Position numbers and translations under genes: made by a program. Below, in pieces: positions 13,580 to 27,962 of a DNA stretch of 64,000 bases (its first letter is position 1; the number at the start of each line of letters is the position of its first letter). Below the pieces are notes generated by a model. That model ran no database searches. It was not told where the DNA came from and was given only the letters and a program-made list of their open reading frames with translations. Source of the DNA: Octopus vulgaris. Taxonomy: Eukaryota. The stretch is from contig OX597836.1 of NCBI GenBank assembly GCA_951406725.2, positions 3,534,001 to 3,598,000 on the forward strand. Reading direction: 5' to 3'.

Positions 13580-14500
13580 AAATGTTGATAGTTAGCGGTA
13601 CGGGAGTAGAGACATTAAGGAGGAAGGTTTTGATCTTACAGTAAGAAAATAAAGATTTACGTTTATGAGAGAACGTGTTGTAGAACTTGTTTCTGAATAT
13701 GGTAATTACATCAGAGAAGTTATTAAGTAGGAAGGCCTCATTCTGAAGTAATATAGTGATCCACGGCAACACAATTTACAAGTTCGTGTGCTTCACGTGT
13801 GCAGAATTTTAACAATAGTTATGGAATGGTTGGATTGTATGGAACGTAAATTGTCTAACGATAATTGAGAAAGCGCTTAGATGTGTAAGATGACGACACT
13901 TAAAGTCTGTCGTACCATCAATGTAAATTCTGATGAAGTGAGTTCGTGTGATGGTAACGGTACATCTATAAACAAAATTATAGCGTAAGCAATTGCTTCT
14001 CAAATGACAGCTACTAAGTACCCTGAAATGCATCCTTTGTGGAGTATGGGTTGTGCAATTTTAGCCACATCAGGGTCAGTAAAATTCAGCAGGATTATTA
14101 GTCCTGTGGTTAGAATCAAAGGTCTGCTGTCATTTTTATTACAATGGAGACAGAATAGTTAGGATAATAGAAATTTTAATCATTTGTATAACTCATACAT
14201 GTTCCAAAGTTATGGTGGTTGGTATTAATGGCATTCTTACCGAGCGTAAGATTGCTCGTATTACAAACCTCTGTACTATTGTCATAAATAGTTGTTAAAA
14301 ATGTGTTCGTTAGTGGAGACGTAAGAGATCCTAATGGAAATGCATTTAATAATGCTAGTTAAAATGGATTCAGGATGATTAGATTGGACGTTCATATAGT
14401 GTAGGAAGGATTCTGGTAAATGTAAAATAAGCTAGATTATATACATCCAAGAAGTTAGCTACTTCAGAGCTTTATGTTTGTTTAATAGGCTTCTGAAGTT
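13580..14500 (-). mobile_element. Decayed Penelope-like element, RT C-terminal/thumb region
   Basis: Minus-strand ANFLDV (~14442-14459) and HYMNVQSNHPESILTSIIKCISIRISYVSTNEHIFN (14294-14401) match the PLE RT pattern NFLDV..Y....SNHP..I...I...I..R.S..S.NE..F. A weaker linker-like peptide lies at ~13620-13740. Confidence 0.7.
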
Positions 14501-16078
14501 AATATACTAAACAAGAACTAAATGAAGGACACATATGCACGCGTAGTGTCGAAATAATATTTGATATTAACAGAGGTTATTTGCTTGAAAGTTCCGGCGA
14601 AAAAACTGTTTCTCGAAACGGATTTAGAGTCAAAACTCCGAATTAAAATATTTTAAAAGTCATTATTAAAATATGTGAATGTGTGAGTGTGTATGTGTAT
14701 AAAATGAGTACCAAATAAAGCACCAGTGTCGGGACAGTCGAATAAAGACAGTATACATATATACATACATAGATGCATACGTACATATACATATAAATAT
14801 GTGTGTGTGTGCGTGTGTGTGTGTGTGTGTGTTTGTACGCAGACTGTGAGAAAGGAAGATGGAAAGAGAGAAATAATGAAGACATTGTTAGAATAGATAT
14901 ATATACAGGGTGTATAAAACGAAAACTTAATTGTAAAGTACAGAGCTCAAAGTTTTATTATGCATATGTGTGTGTATGTGTGTGTGCGCGTGTGCATATG
15001 TGTGTGTCTCCGTGTATGTGTGTTTGTGTGTGTGTGTATGCGCCCTCGAAGTTTGTACGAATATAAGTATATTTCTTTCTTTGTGTGTGCGCACACACAC
15101 ACACAAAAAAAACACACACGCATGCACACACATACACATACACACGCACACGTGCATGAAGAGATGAATCTTTTCAAATTTTATAGACAAAAGCTAATAT
15201 TCGCAGAACGGGGTCCAGTCTGTCAGATGCATTTGTAACCACTGAGAGTCGGTGCCAAGTTTCTCAAACAATAACAAAGCTGGTGGACGAGAAACCTCCA
15301 TAGAAATCTGAAACGGTTTGGGGCAGTTTGAGATGGGTTGGTCCGGTCTGGAGAGGTCATCTACTTGGGATGTCTCTATTTTCTGGCGGTTAGGATCTTT
15401 TTTGAGAATTCTTTGGCGGTAGAAACTGGTGTGGGCGGAGGTTTGGGTTCTTTTGGAGAAGTTTCCAAGACTGCCTTTGTTTTCTAACCTAAGGCTAGAT
15501 GATATTTCGGATAAGATCGTGGGGCGGCAGCGTCGTGGGGAAGTATTGGCGGCGTAGTTGTTGGGGAATTCAAAGATGGAGAATGGTTGAGAAATGTTGA
15601 AAATGTAAAGACCAATGGTTGTTGTTATTGTTGTTGTAGTAAATGGCGAATTTCTGTAGAGAATTCATGTGAATGAAAGTATGTATTTGTGTATGTATTT
15701 ATGTGTGTGTATGTGTGTGTATGTGTGCATGTGTGTGTGTGTCTATGCATGTGTACATATACGTTTATGCGTCTTCTGATAAGATACTTCAGTTTTGCCT
15801 ATTGACGGTGAAATCCGGAACGCGAGGCACATACACACACACGCATGTACATACACATACACGCATGTACATACACACACATGCACACACATATACGCAC
15901 ACATACACACACACATACACATGCGCTCACACGCACGTACACACACATACACACGCACATATAAACGCTCACACAAATACATACATATCGCACATTTGGA
16001 TATCTGTCCGTCGCTTTGAGAGTGTGTGTGTTTGTGACTATGTGTGTGTGCGTTCGTGTATGTACGTACGTTCGTGCA

Positions 16079-16112
<34 letters not shown>

Positions 16113-16274
16113 TGTAATGGCGCTCCAGTGTGTACGTGTGCTCGTGTGTGTGTGTCTGTTTGCGTGTCTGTGTGTGAGGGAATGTGTTTGTATGTCAGTG
16201 TATGTATGTGCGTAGCTGTATGTGTCTCTGTGCAGGATGTGTCTCTGATGCAGGAGGAAGAGTCAGCAGAAGTT

Positions 16275-16408
16275 CGCCATTACCTTCTGCCGGAGCCGCG
16301 TGGTGCTTAGGTGTTTCGCTCATAAACACACACATCGCCCTGTCTGAGATTCGAACCCGCGATTCCTCGACCGCGAGTCCGCTGCTCTTACCACTAGGCC
16401 ATGTGCCT
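16275..16408 (-). mobile_element. tRNA-derived SINE head (family D)
   Basis: Minus strand ggcacatggcctagtggtaagagcagcggactcgcggtcgaggaatcgcgggttcgaatctc has clear A and B boxes but no intact acceptor stem. Confidence 0.65.
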
Positions 16409-16411
16409 CCA

Positions 16412-16590
16412 CTATCTCGACAAAGGTTTTCAGTGAGGCTTTGGGTGTATCCTTGAAGCGCTTTTCCTACCGACTTTGCGTGCTTTTGCTTTCCGCCATT
16501 TTGCTGTAAAACAGTCTCTCGGAATGTCTTATGTCAAGCATTCGGACAAAGTGAGTTGCCCACCAGACTTGCGTTCTCATCAGTGTGCAA
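16412..16590 (-). mobile_element. RTE-clade LINE ORF2 C-terminal fragment
   Basis: Minus strand TLMRTQVWWATHFVRMLDIRHSERLFYSKMAESKSTQSR*EKRFKDTPKASLK resembles QLRWAGHV.RM.D.R.PK.LFYGEL..GKR..G...KRFKD.LK.SLK. Confidence 0.7.
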
Positions 16591-17370
16591 CAGAGTGCAT
16601 AATGCCAGTCTTAGATTGAGTATGCCAAGAAAATAAACACAATTGATGGTCACGACTAGAAAGCCATAAAAATCAAACTTTGTTAACAATAGAGCTTAAC
16701 AATGTTTTGGGTTTTTTTGTAGAGGGCGGACCTATCTACCTATCTATCTCTGCCTAAATCCTGTGACAGTTACCTTTGTCATTCGACCTTTCAAATTCGA
16801 TACGAAAATAACAAATCCAGATAGGAGAAATGGCGAAACCACCAACGTTGGATCAAATGCTTTGTGCTATTTATGTCTCCGGTCACTGCGTTCTTAGAGG
16901 CAACCCCGCCATGGCCTACACGGATTACAAATCCGCTTTAACATCACTCCACGGCGCTTAGGGAGCCTTTGCTCGAGTCTCTGCTCATGCAATCATTTAG
17001 ACAAAAGGTTCTGGTTTCAGCCTATTACTTCCGTTTCCCGGCTCAGTCTCGGAAGCCCTATAAAGGTCCATACGCCTTGATTTCCCCAAAATCACGGAAT
17101 GGTTAAAAAAAAAAAATTACTTCAGAGTCTATTATATAAATTCATTTCTTTGTGCAAAGCTCGCATTCGAAGAGGTGGGAGGGAGTGAAAGAGGGAGGGA
17201 GACGCGTAGAGGCGGAAAGAAGAGGAGGAGGAGGATGCGGAGGCGGAAAGAAGAGGAGGAGGAGGATGTGGAGGAGGAAGGGGGTGATGCATATTTATTT
17301 ATTCATGATTTAATAGAAAAGTTTTCGTCACTCAGATGTAAAAGTTATTCTTAGAAAAATAGAAATACAC

Positions 17371-17504
<134 letters not shown>

Positions 17505-17737
17505 AGAGAGATAGAGAGAGAGAGGGGGGAAGAGAGGGAGAGAGATTGTGTGTGTGTGTGTGTGTGCCAATATATATGTTAGTGTATGTGTACACACACA
17601 CACACACGCTAGCATACACGCACACATATATACACACAAACAAATCCACGTACACAAATAGACAACTGAATACACCTACACACCTATATATATAAACACA
17701 AATATATATAGAAAGCATATATGTATATATATACATC

Positions 17738-17777
<40 letters not shown>

Positions 17778-17806
17778 CATATATACATATATAAATACAT
17801 ATATAT

Positions 17807-17881
<75 letters not shown>

Positions 17882-18103
17882 TGTATATATATATATAGAC
17901 AGAGAGAGAGAGAGAGACAGAGAGACAGGGAGACGTACATATATATACATTTCTATTCGTATATTTATGTATATATAAACGTACATATATTTATGCTGAT
18001 ATATGTATATACATATGTGTGTGTTTGTGTGTGAGTGCTAGCACACGTGTATATATATATATGTATATATATGTATATATATATATACACACACACGCGC
18101 GCG

Positions 18104-18168
<65 letters not shown>

Positions 18169-18412
18169 ACACACATACTCTATGACGGATATTATTGAAA
18201 AATAATATCCAAATATCCATTATCAACTCTGGTATTGTCCTCCGGGGTTCATTGGAAGAATGTTTCCAATACACACATATGTATTATTATTATCATTATT
18301 ATTATTATCATCACTATTATTATTATTATCATTATTATTATTATCATCATTATTATTATTATTATCATTATTATTATTATCATCACTATTATTACATTAT
18401 TATTATTATTAC

Positions 18413-18478
<66 letters not shown>

Positions 18479-18587
18479 CTATACACGAGGCAAATACATA
18501 GATACATATACATCCAAATACGTGCATACATAGAAATATATATGCGTGTGTGCATACACACACGCACACATATACACATATGTATGC

Positions 18588-18619
<32 letters not shown>

Positions 18620-18640
18620 ATGTGTGTGTGTGCGTGTGCG

Positions 18641-18677
<37 letters not shown>

Positions 18678-18972
18678 GCATGAATAACAAAAAAATATAT
18701 ATATGTATATATATATTATATTGTGTTGCTTTTAAATATATTATGTATATATACACACACATAGAAATACATCTATATCTATAATGATATACAGGAAACT
18801 ATACAGACGCTTTAAAACACTCCGAACCACAAATACGTAGACACACAGACACACATGAGATATATTTCATCATAGAACTATTTTCGTTATATTCACCCTC
18901 TATTTCTCTAATGTTACACAAATATTTCGTTTAGATGAACTAAAATACACCGTCTATCCGCCATAAAAACAG

Positions 18973-19004
<32 letters not shown>

Positions 19005-19398
19005 TTATAAATTTATAAATTTATATATATACATACATATATATATATATATATATCTATATATATATATGTGTGTGTGTGTATATATATATATATACAT
19101 TTACATATATATAATATAATATAATATATCTATGTAGGTGTGTAAATATCTATATAAGTACATATGGAGATGCACAAGTACATACGTAAACGCCTGTATG
19201 TGTGCGGTGCGTGTGCCTGCGCGTGTGTGTTTGTGTGCGTGTGTATATAGATAAAATTATTTACATATAGGGAGAGAGTGATATATATATATATATATAT
19301 TTATGTAAATATAACTATATGTATGTATCTATGGGTACACATATACTTATGAGAATAGAGTGTTATATACATACATATAGATATATATATATATATAG

Positions 19399-19446
<48 letters not shown>

Positions 19447-19634
19447 TCATATATATATATATGCTCATATACATATATATAAAATGGAAATATATTTATA
19501 TATATTCATATACGGGTTTGTAAAGATATATATATAAATACGTACATAATTATACATGATCATATATATATAATTACATATATATACATATATATAATCA
19601 TATATGTATAATCGTGCATATATAGAATTATGTA

Positions 19635-19668
<34 letters not shown>

Positions 19669-19989
19669 ATTATATACATATATGTGTGTGTATATATATG
19701 TATATACATATGTATATATATATGCATATATATGTATATATATATAAATATATAGATAGAGATAGAGAGAGATGTATTTATGTATACACATATATATATA
19801 TACCTATATATATATGTGTGTGTGTGTGTGCATATATTTGTGTGTGTGTGTATATATGTATATATAAATACCTATGTTCGTGTGTGAGACACTGCACTGA
19901 ACAAACTCTTTGGCATCCATTTTTCTTTTCCTTCTTCAGAACCAAGAGGAGTGGGCAGAGGGCATTTCGTTATTAATTTTGCTACCCTT

Positions 19990-20028
<39 letters not shown>

Positions 20029-20580
20029 TTATACACACACACACACACCTACATACATACAAACATATGTATATATTGATGCTGTTCTCGTTGTTGTTGT
20101 TATGGTTACTGTTGTAGTTAATGGATGCCATAGTTGTCACGTGGACGTTGTTGTTTTCCATAATTCTCGTTGCGATCGTTGTTACGACCCTGATGTCTGT
20201 TGTTATGTCGTTTCAGTTGTAGGGGTCAGCTGCGAACGAACCCTTAGTGGTGAGGAGGTCGAGGGCTAAAGAAAGCAACGGTAACAGTGTTGGTGGTAGT
20301 GACTGCTGTCGATGTGGTGGTCGTAGTGGTGGTCGTCGTCCTCGTTGGTGATTGTTTTCGTGTTGGTGGTGATGATGATGTTGTTGTTGTCGTTGTTACT
20401 GTTGCTGTTATTTGTTGTTGTTGTTGTTGTTGTTAGTGATGGTGGCGGTATTGGCAGCGGTGGTTGTGGTACTGGTGATAGTGGTGCTGGTAGTAGTAGT
20501 AGTAGCAGTAGTAGTAGTTGTTGTCGTTGCTGTAGTATTAGTAGTTATTGTATATGTAGTAGTAGTTGTGGTGGTGATTT

Positions 20581-20640
<60 letters not shown>

Positions 20641-20669
20641 CAGCAGCAGCAGCAGTAGTCTGATAATCT

Positions 20670-20720
<51 letters not shown>

Positions 20721-21127
20721 CAGTAGTAGGTGGTGGTGGTGCTGTTGGCGGTGGTGGTTGTGGTTTCCGTGGTGGTTGTCGTGGTAGGAGAAAGTAATAT
20801 TAAAGAAAAATCACATTTTTAGAAAGAATAGATTGACGGGCGAAATACACACACAGATATGAAGTCGTGACAGCTTGCGGGTATGAAAATGTATAAATGC
20901 TTTTAACATAATGTTGTATATAAGAAATGGAAGAAGGATATGATACGGAGACACGAGCTGGCGATATTTTGTGGAGATTTGTTGCAGAGGAATTGTAAGG
21001 AGATGTCGTAGAAGAATTGCAGAGGGACGTTGTAGAGATATTTTGTAGACAAACGAGGCCTTACCAAAAAATATCCGGTATTGGTGCTTTAAGAAGCAAA
21101 CTGCTACACATAGCAATCCGGCGTTTC

Positions 21128-21290
21128 ATCTCCTTTGAAGTAGTTTTCTTCTGAAGCCAAATATTTTATCCAGAGTTGTTTCCATTGGTGGAAGCATTCT
21201 TGGAAATCCTTTTGGGGGATAACGAACAGCTGCCTCGTCGCATTCTCTTGGATTTACCTCAACGTTTTGAAGTCTTGTTTCTTCCAAGAA
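21128..21290 (-). mobile_element. Mariner transposase C-terminal remnant
   Basis: Minus strand IQENATRQLFVIPQKDFQECFHQWKQLWIKYLASEENYFKG matches the mariner end F..CF..W..RW.KC....G.YFEG. Confidence 0.7.
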
Positions 21291-21854
21291 GGAGACCACA
21301 TAGAATTACTGTTGTGACCATTTTCAGAAAGTTTTCGTTTTCCTCGACACAATCATTAAAATCCTGCGCAACTGAAACCCCGATCTTCTTTTTGAGATGA
21401 CCTTACTCTACACACTGTACTTGCAGGCATGGCTATAAGCAACGGAAGTGAGCGAGAACAACATAACTTAGCGTGCATGCGCGACATAGTTCAAGGTTAA
21501 CCTGTGCCAAGCAGCTTCATCCTGCTCACTTTAGCTCCGTTACCACTGCAACAGCCCTGATACTTTTTGAGGGTCCTGGAACTGTTGGTTGAGGAAGATC
21601 CCCCTCCTCCTTCGGAGGGTGAGAAGGACCTGATCGAGGAGGTGGAGGTCTCCTCGACGAAAAAGGGCCGAAAGTGGAAGAAGATAGGTGGCAATGATTG
21701 CCCACTGGGGGATCCTAAGGCCGCGGGAGGGAAGGAAAATTTTCCGGACAAAATGGAAGAACTCCATCCTCCCGTGGCAAAAGAGAAAAAAAAGAAGAAA
21801 AACGAGACGCATGTATTCTCCCTTGGGCGGGACGACAGTCCGCTGCAAGAAAAC

Positions 21855-21999
21855 TTACTTTTGCTTCCTGAGTGGACTGGAGCAATGTGAAATGAAGTGT
21901 TTTACTCAAGAACACAACGCGTCACCCGGTCCAGGAATCGAAACCAGAATCTTAAGACCATGCATCCAACAACCTAACCACTTAGCCACGTGCCTCCAC
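21855..21999 (-). mobile_element. SINE family C, 5' part
   Basis: tgagtggactggagcaatgtgaaatgaagtgttttactcaagaacacaacgcg..ggaatcgaaacc..aaccacttagccacg. Confidence 0.75.
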
Positions 22000-22126
22000 A
22001 GCCACGCGCCCAGCAGCCACGTGTCTCCAGAGCCATGCACTTACTCAGCTTCGCACCTCCGCACCCACATACCTCTACAACCACGCGGCTCTACAAGCAC
22101 GGCCCTCCGCAGCCACGCACCTCCAC
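21984..22126. repeat. 16-bp minisatellite (AGCCACGCRCCTCCAC, 9 units) at the 5' end of a SINE
   Basis: Nine diverged units can be read directly; the first overlaps the SINE head. Confidence 0.75.
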
Positions 22127-22379
22127 ATGATCCACATGTTGAAATGTAGTTTTGTAATAGTAAGGTGTAAGTTGTGGAGTCTACTGGCGTATACTATACT
22201 GTAACTTCCTGCTGTAATGTGGGTCTATAGTGATAGGCTGTGCGACGAACAAAATGTTTTGCAGTCATTAAATACATTCTTTTATATTTCTCGTATAAAT
22301 TCCACCGTAGCGAATTTGTCTTTCTTCTTTATTACTTCTCATCCCGGAATAATTAAAATAAGCACCAGGTATAATAAAT

Positions 22380-22675
22380 GGCCCTCCGTCGGTCACGACG
22401 ATGAGCATTTCAGTTGATCCGGTCATCGGAACAGCCTGCTCTTGAAATTAACGTGCATGTGGCTGAGTACTCCACAGACACGTATCCTTAACGTACTTCT
22501 CAGGGAGATTCAGCGTGACACAGAATGTGATAAAGCTGACCCCTTTGAATTACAAGTGCTGTTCATACTTGCCAGCTGATTGGACTGAAGCAACGAAATA
22601 TAAAGTGTCTCGCCGCCGGAAATCGAACTCACAAGCTTAAGATCGTAAGCCGAATACCTAACCACTAAACCGCAT
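22380..22675 (-). mobile_element. SINE family C
   Basis: Reverse complement of the 53946-54265 body and head. Confidence 0.75.
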
Positions 22676-23185
22676 TCACTATACCAGACGCAATAGGAAT
22701 ATATTTAAAAAATGAACTAATTCCATCTTCTGCTAAAAATCTCCGTCCCTTGTGCCAGTAAGGTTATTTATATAACTAAAACGTTTTAACCTTGAGAGCA
22801 GACGTCACATGCAGCCGCTAAGTATAACATTTCACATTAGAAATTCAGAAGGAAAACACGATAGCTGTTAACATTGTAGATTATATAATCGTTCCGCTGG
22901 TCAAACTACTATCATGCAGTAACGTAAGCCAACTATGCACCTGCAACAATCAAGACGTTATCGCAATGCACCAATAACAATGCAAGAATAACAGAATCTA
23001 TCGACAGAAGGAGATATTACCTAACACCAATATAACTCTCAATAGAATAGCACATAATTACCGAACACTTATTTTGGAAACCAGATACAAGCAAACTGGT
23101 TTAATAGACAAACACACACCGCTCCCTGATGAAACGCACGCAAACCGCATATAAACGATTATAAGGACGCAAATAGAGACATATG

Positions 23186-23225
<40 letters not shown>

Positions 23226-23248
23226 TGTGTGTGTGTTTATATATGTAT

Positions 23249-23305
<57 letters not shown>

Positions 23306-23306
23306 C

Positions 23307-23351
<45 letters not shown>

Positions 23352-23573
23352 AGAATGCATAAATGAATATCTGTATCAGTGTGTGTGCGTGCATACGCGT
23401 GTGCATGCGTGTATATGTGTTTATGTGGGTATGAGTGTGCGCGCGTGTGTGTGTGCGTGCGTGTGAGAGAGACTGTGGTGTTTGTATCAATGAGTGAGTG
23501 AGTGTGTTAGAACCAAATTTCGGTGTCTTAACACAATTTTCCATAATGATATATACACATATATACATATATA

Positions 23574-23752
23574 CGACGGGCTTCTTTCAGATTCCGTCTG
23601 CCAAATCCACTCACAAGGCTTTGATCGGCTCGAGGTTATAGTAGAAGATATAACTATACGGTAGTAGAAGACACTTGCCCAACGTGCCACGCAGTGACAA
23701 TGAACCCGGAACCATGTGGTTGGTAAGCAAGCTACTTACCACACAGCCACTC
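23574..23752 (-). mobile_element. SINE family A, 5' half
   Basis: cgacgggcttctttcag..cttaccacacagccactc. Confidence 0.8.
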
Positions 23753-23756
23753 ATAC

Positions 23757-23787
<31 letters not shown>

Positions 23788-23828
23788 TATATATGTATAC
23801 AGACAGACAGACAGGCAGACAGACAGAC

Positions 23829-23989
<161 letters not shown>

Positions 23990-24194
23990 TGCATCTACAT
24001 GCCACTTTATACGCACGGAAGTTTATATGCCAGAACGTATGTATATTACATGTTTGTATATATAAGCGATGGAGACGCGATTAAATGTAATTAGATTTTT
24101 TTGATAACCATTTCACAGAAGAAACTTCCTCAAGATATATATTGTTCTGTCTGTGTGTCAACTTGCTTTGATTGTGTGTACACGTATGTATGTA

Positions 24195-24236
<42 letters not shown>

Positions 24237-24260
24237 CTGTAATTATAATGGATGCGTATA

Positions 24261-24317
<57 letters not shown>

Positions 24318-24433
24318 CCTCTGTATAGTTATATCTATATCTAAGTATATATGTATGTAAGTATATATGTATATATACATACATATATACATTTATACAT
24401 GTGTGTGTGCATTTATATATACGTGTCTGTGTG

Positions 24434-24464
<31 letters not shown>

Positions 24465-25236
24465 TTGCACACACATATATTTATATATATTATGTATAAT
24501 GACACAGTCAGAGACATATGTTTACAAACACTTATATACCAACACACGCACTCGCACACACACACACAAACAAATATACGTATGTCTTACTTATACAATG
24601 CACTCTGTTGATCTCGAGGTACAAAATATGTCTCTGGTTCCATACTTTCGATTATATTTCAAACGAGTTACATGTGAAGAGCAAATTAATTATCATTCCA
24701 GTATTCTTACTTTTGCTCCATTCGGGGCTTTGAAGCACGCAGTACAAATAGAAAACAATCTTATATTTCTCCAATGCATTCTTACGCATATTCCATTCAC
24801 AATGAAATCTTTTCTATACAGAATTACTTTCTAAACATATTACATCACCAAATCATCAGAATGTGCATATCTGACAAAAAGCTAATCCAGATATACGTAT
24901 ATCAAGCGAGAAACTAAGCTGAAACTGAGGTGAAAGCTTTTTTTCCTTGTTACCCAATTGTACGTGTATAGATAAATACTCGTGCATAAATAAACTCATA
25001 TACATGTACGTGTGTTTATAGGAGTGTGTGTATGGATATATATATATAATATATGTATATATATACTGTATATATATATATGTATAAATATATATATATG
25101 TATGTATGTATGTATATATATATGTATGTATATACTGTATATGTATATATATATATAACTATATATATATATGAAATATATATATGCATATATACATACA
25201 TATATGTGCATACTTACATATATATATATGTGCATG

Positions 25237-25268
<32 letters not shown>

Positions 25269-25670
25269 AATGTATGTATGTATATATGTATGTACGGACG
25301 TCAAAAAACGCAAACAACATGAAATACGAACTACGAAAACAACATGAAATATGAAGGTAAACTTGGGTATGCGAACAACGAGAGAATAAAATGGAAAGCA
25401 AGACAAGTAACATAAAGAACGACCCTTCATCAGTTGTCGGCTATTCATCTACTCCACAATTAATGGCAATATGAGGCTTCGGAAAACAGTTGCTCCCGCG
25501 AACCCAAATAAATTTGGGAATCAGCTTGATAAATGGCGAAATAAATTACTTTTCGACCAGGAAACCCTGGGTGGCTCTAATTTCAAGATTTGCGGTTTTT
25601 AATTTAAGATTATCTTGACTGTTTTAGCTGATCGAGTGCTTTTCTACCTGTTGAAAAATTACCACATAAG

Positions 25671-25728
<58 letters not shown>

Positions 25729-26187
25729 CCGTTATATTGTGCACATTAAAAAGCTTTCAGTATTTATGTGTGATTGTAGTGTGTTGTGTAATTTGCATGT
25801 CAGCCATGGAGACATCTTGATTCGATGGAGGATTGAACCAGGAATTTTCCGCTTCCTAACTCTGCTCTGTAGAAACAATCAGAAAAGTTTCAGTAATGCA
25901 AATCTATATGAAGCACTTGCTGCAAATATTTAAACTCCACCACATATGTTAAGTGCTCTTTTCTTTTTATTGTCTCTTACTCTGAACATAATATGTATGT
26001 ATAAGCATGAATATACGAGTGAGTATATATGTATATATGCGTATATATAATAAATATATAATAAATATATATATATATATGTACGTCTGAGTATACATAT
26101 CTGTATATACATAACACATATATATATATGTATATATATATATATGTAAATACATTTGTATACATATATGTATATATATATACATAC

Positions 26188-26240
<53 letters not shown>

Positions 26241-26315
26241 TATGTATGTATATATATATGTATATACATTTGTATACATATATATATATACATATATATA
26301 TGTATTTATTTATAC

Positions 26316-26425
<110 letters not shown>

Positions 26426-26779
26426 GTATATATATATATATAGGCACATATATATATATATATATACATATATATACATATATATATATATACATTCATC
26501 GATCGGCGTATTTAACCTAAGTTGTATCAATAGAAATCGTAGCAATGGAGGTGATTGTTATTGATGTCATTAGCGAAAAGTAGCAAACACAGCTTGATGC
26601 GTAAGGTATCAATATCGGATGTGGGACCTCCCCCCGTGAAATTTATTATCGCTGGTAGCACTACCAACACTACCACCGTTGCTACCATCAGCACCAAATA
26701 TCATCACCGTCTCTCCATCGTCCATACCACCACCACCACTACCAACACCGCCACAATCACCAACCACCACTACTTCTAT

Positions 26780-26859
26780 TAACAGCACCTTCCCTTACAA
26801 ACTCTAAGGTACTACTAATACTACCACGAAAAATATGGTCACTACTACAACTAGTAGTA

Positions 26860-26930
<71 letters not shown>

Positions 26931-27400
26931 TGTTGTAGTAGCAGCATCAGCAGTCGTGCTACTACAATCACCATCACTGCAAATACTATCACCATCACCA
27001 CCACCACCACCACCGCTACTACTACAGTTACTACTACTACTACTACTATTACTACAAACATGACTACTACAAATACCACTTCTACTACCACAACCAGCAC
27101 TACCACTAGCGCCACTACCACCACCACTAATACTACTACTGCCTTTAGCATAAACTTCCCTACTGGCTCTACCATTATTCTACAGCAAAACTACCACCTC
27201 TTTAACATTAGCACTACCTCAACAAATACTACCACCGCTACCATTGCCATTACCTTCACTACCACCACCACCACCACCACCACAACAACAACAACAACAG
27301 CAGCAATCGCCACCATTGTCACGTCATTCCCCATACCCTCACCACCATCACCATCACCACCACCACCACCAACACCATCATTATCATCATTATCATTATA
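26780..27400. repeat. (TAG)n and cryptic (ACT/ACC)n low-complexity tract
   Basis: Triplet-derived sequence that gives poly-Ser/Thr pseudo-ORFs. Confidence 0.8.
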
Positions 27401-27510
27401 GTCATCATCGAATATAGATTTTGCTTGCGTGGGCCCCTTCGATTACTATTTTATTCTGGTGGGGCCCCACAGCCATTCCATGTTTAAAAACTAGTTATAT
27501 AGATACTTCA

Positions 27511-27739
27511 CTTTTACACGTTTCAGTCATTTGGCTGTGGCCATACTGGAGCACCGCCTTTAGTCGAACAAATCGATCCCATGACTTATTCGTTGTAAGC
27601 CTAGCACTTACTCCATCGACTGTTTTGCCGAACCGCTGAATTCGAGGACATAAACACACCTACATCGATTGTTAAGCGATGGTGAGACAGGGGGGATAAA
27701 CGCTGACGCAAAAACACACAAACATAAATATATATATAT

Positions 27740-27803
<64 letters not shown>

Positions 27804-27962
27804 ATGACGGACTTCTTTCAGTTTCTGTCTACTAAATCCACTCACAAGGCTTTGGTCGGCCCGAGACTATAGTAGAAGACAGTTGCCCAAGGTGCCACAC
27901 AGTAGGACTGAACCCAGAACCATGTAGTAGGGAATCAAGCTTCTTACCACACAGCCAAGCCT
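27511..27962 (-). mobile_element. SINE family A, full length
   Basis: Reverse complement of family A with internal (TG)n. Confidence 0.8.

Noticed and set aside
14590-14640. Hammerhead-like ccggcga..gtttctc-gaaacgg
   Set aside because: The core is mutated at several positions and helix III is not formed; at best a fossil.
16335-16408. Possible tRNA gene on the minus strand
   Set aside because: A and B boxes are present, but there is no acceptor-stem pairing and it continues into SINE-like body sequence.
25415-25460. CUGAUGA core on the minus strand
   Set aside because: No downstream helix II and GAAA-helix III in register.
26835-27401. Mucin-like poly-Ser/Thr ORF (188 aa)
   Set aside because: Derived from (TAG)n/(ACT)n/(ACC)n repeats; no signal peptide or unique domain.
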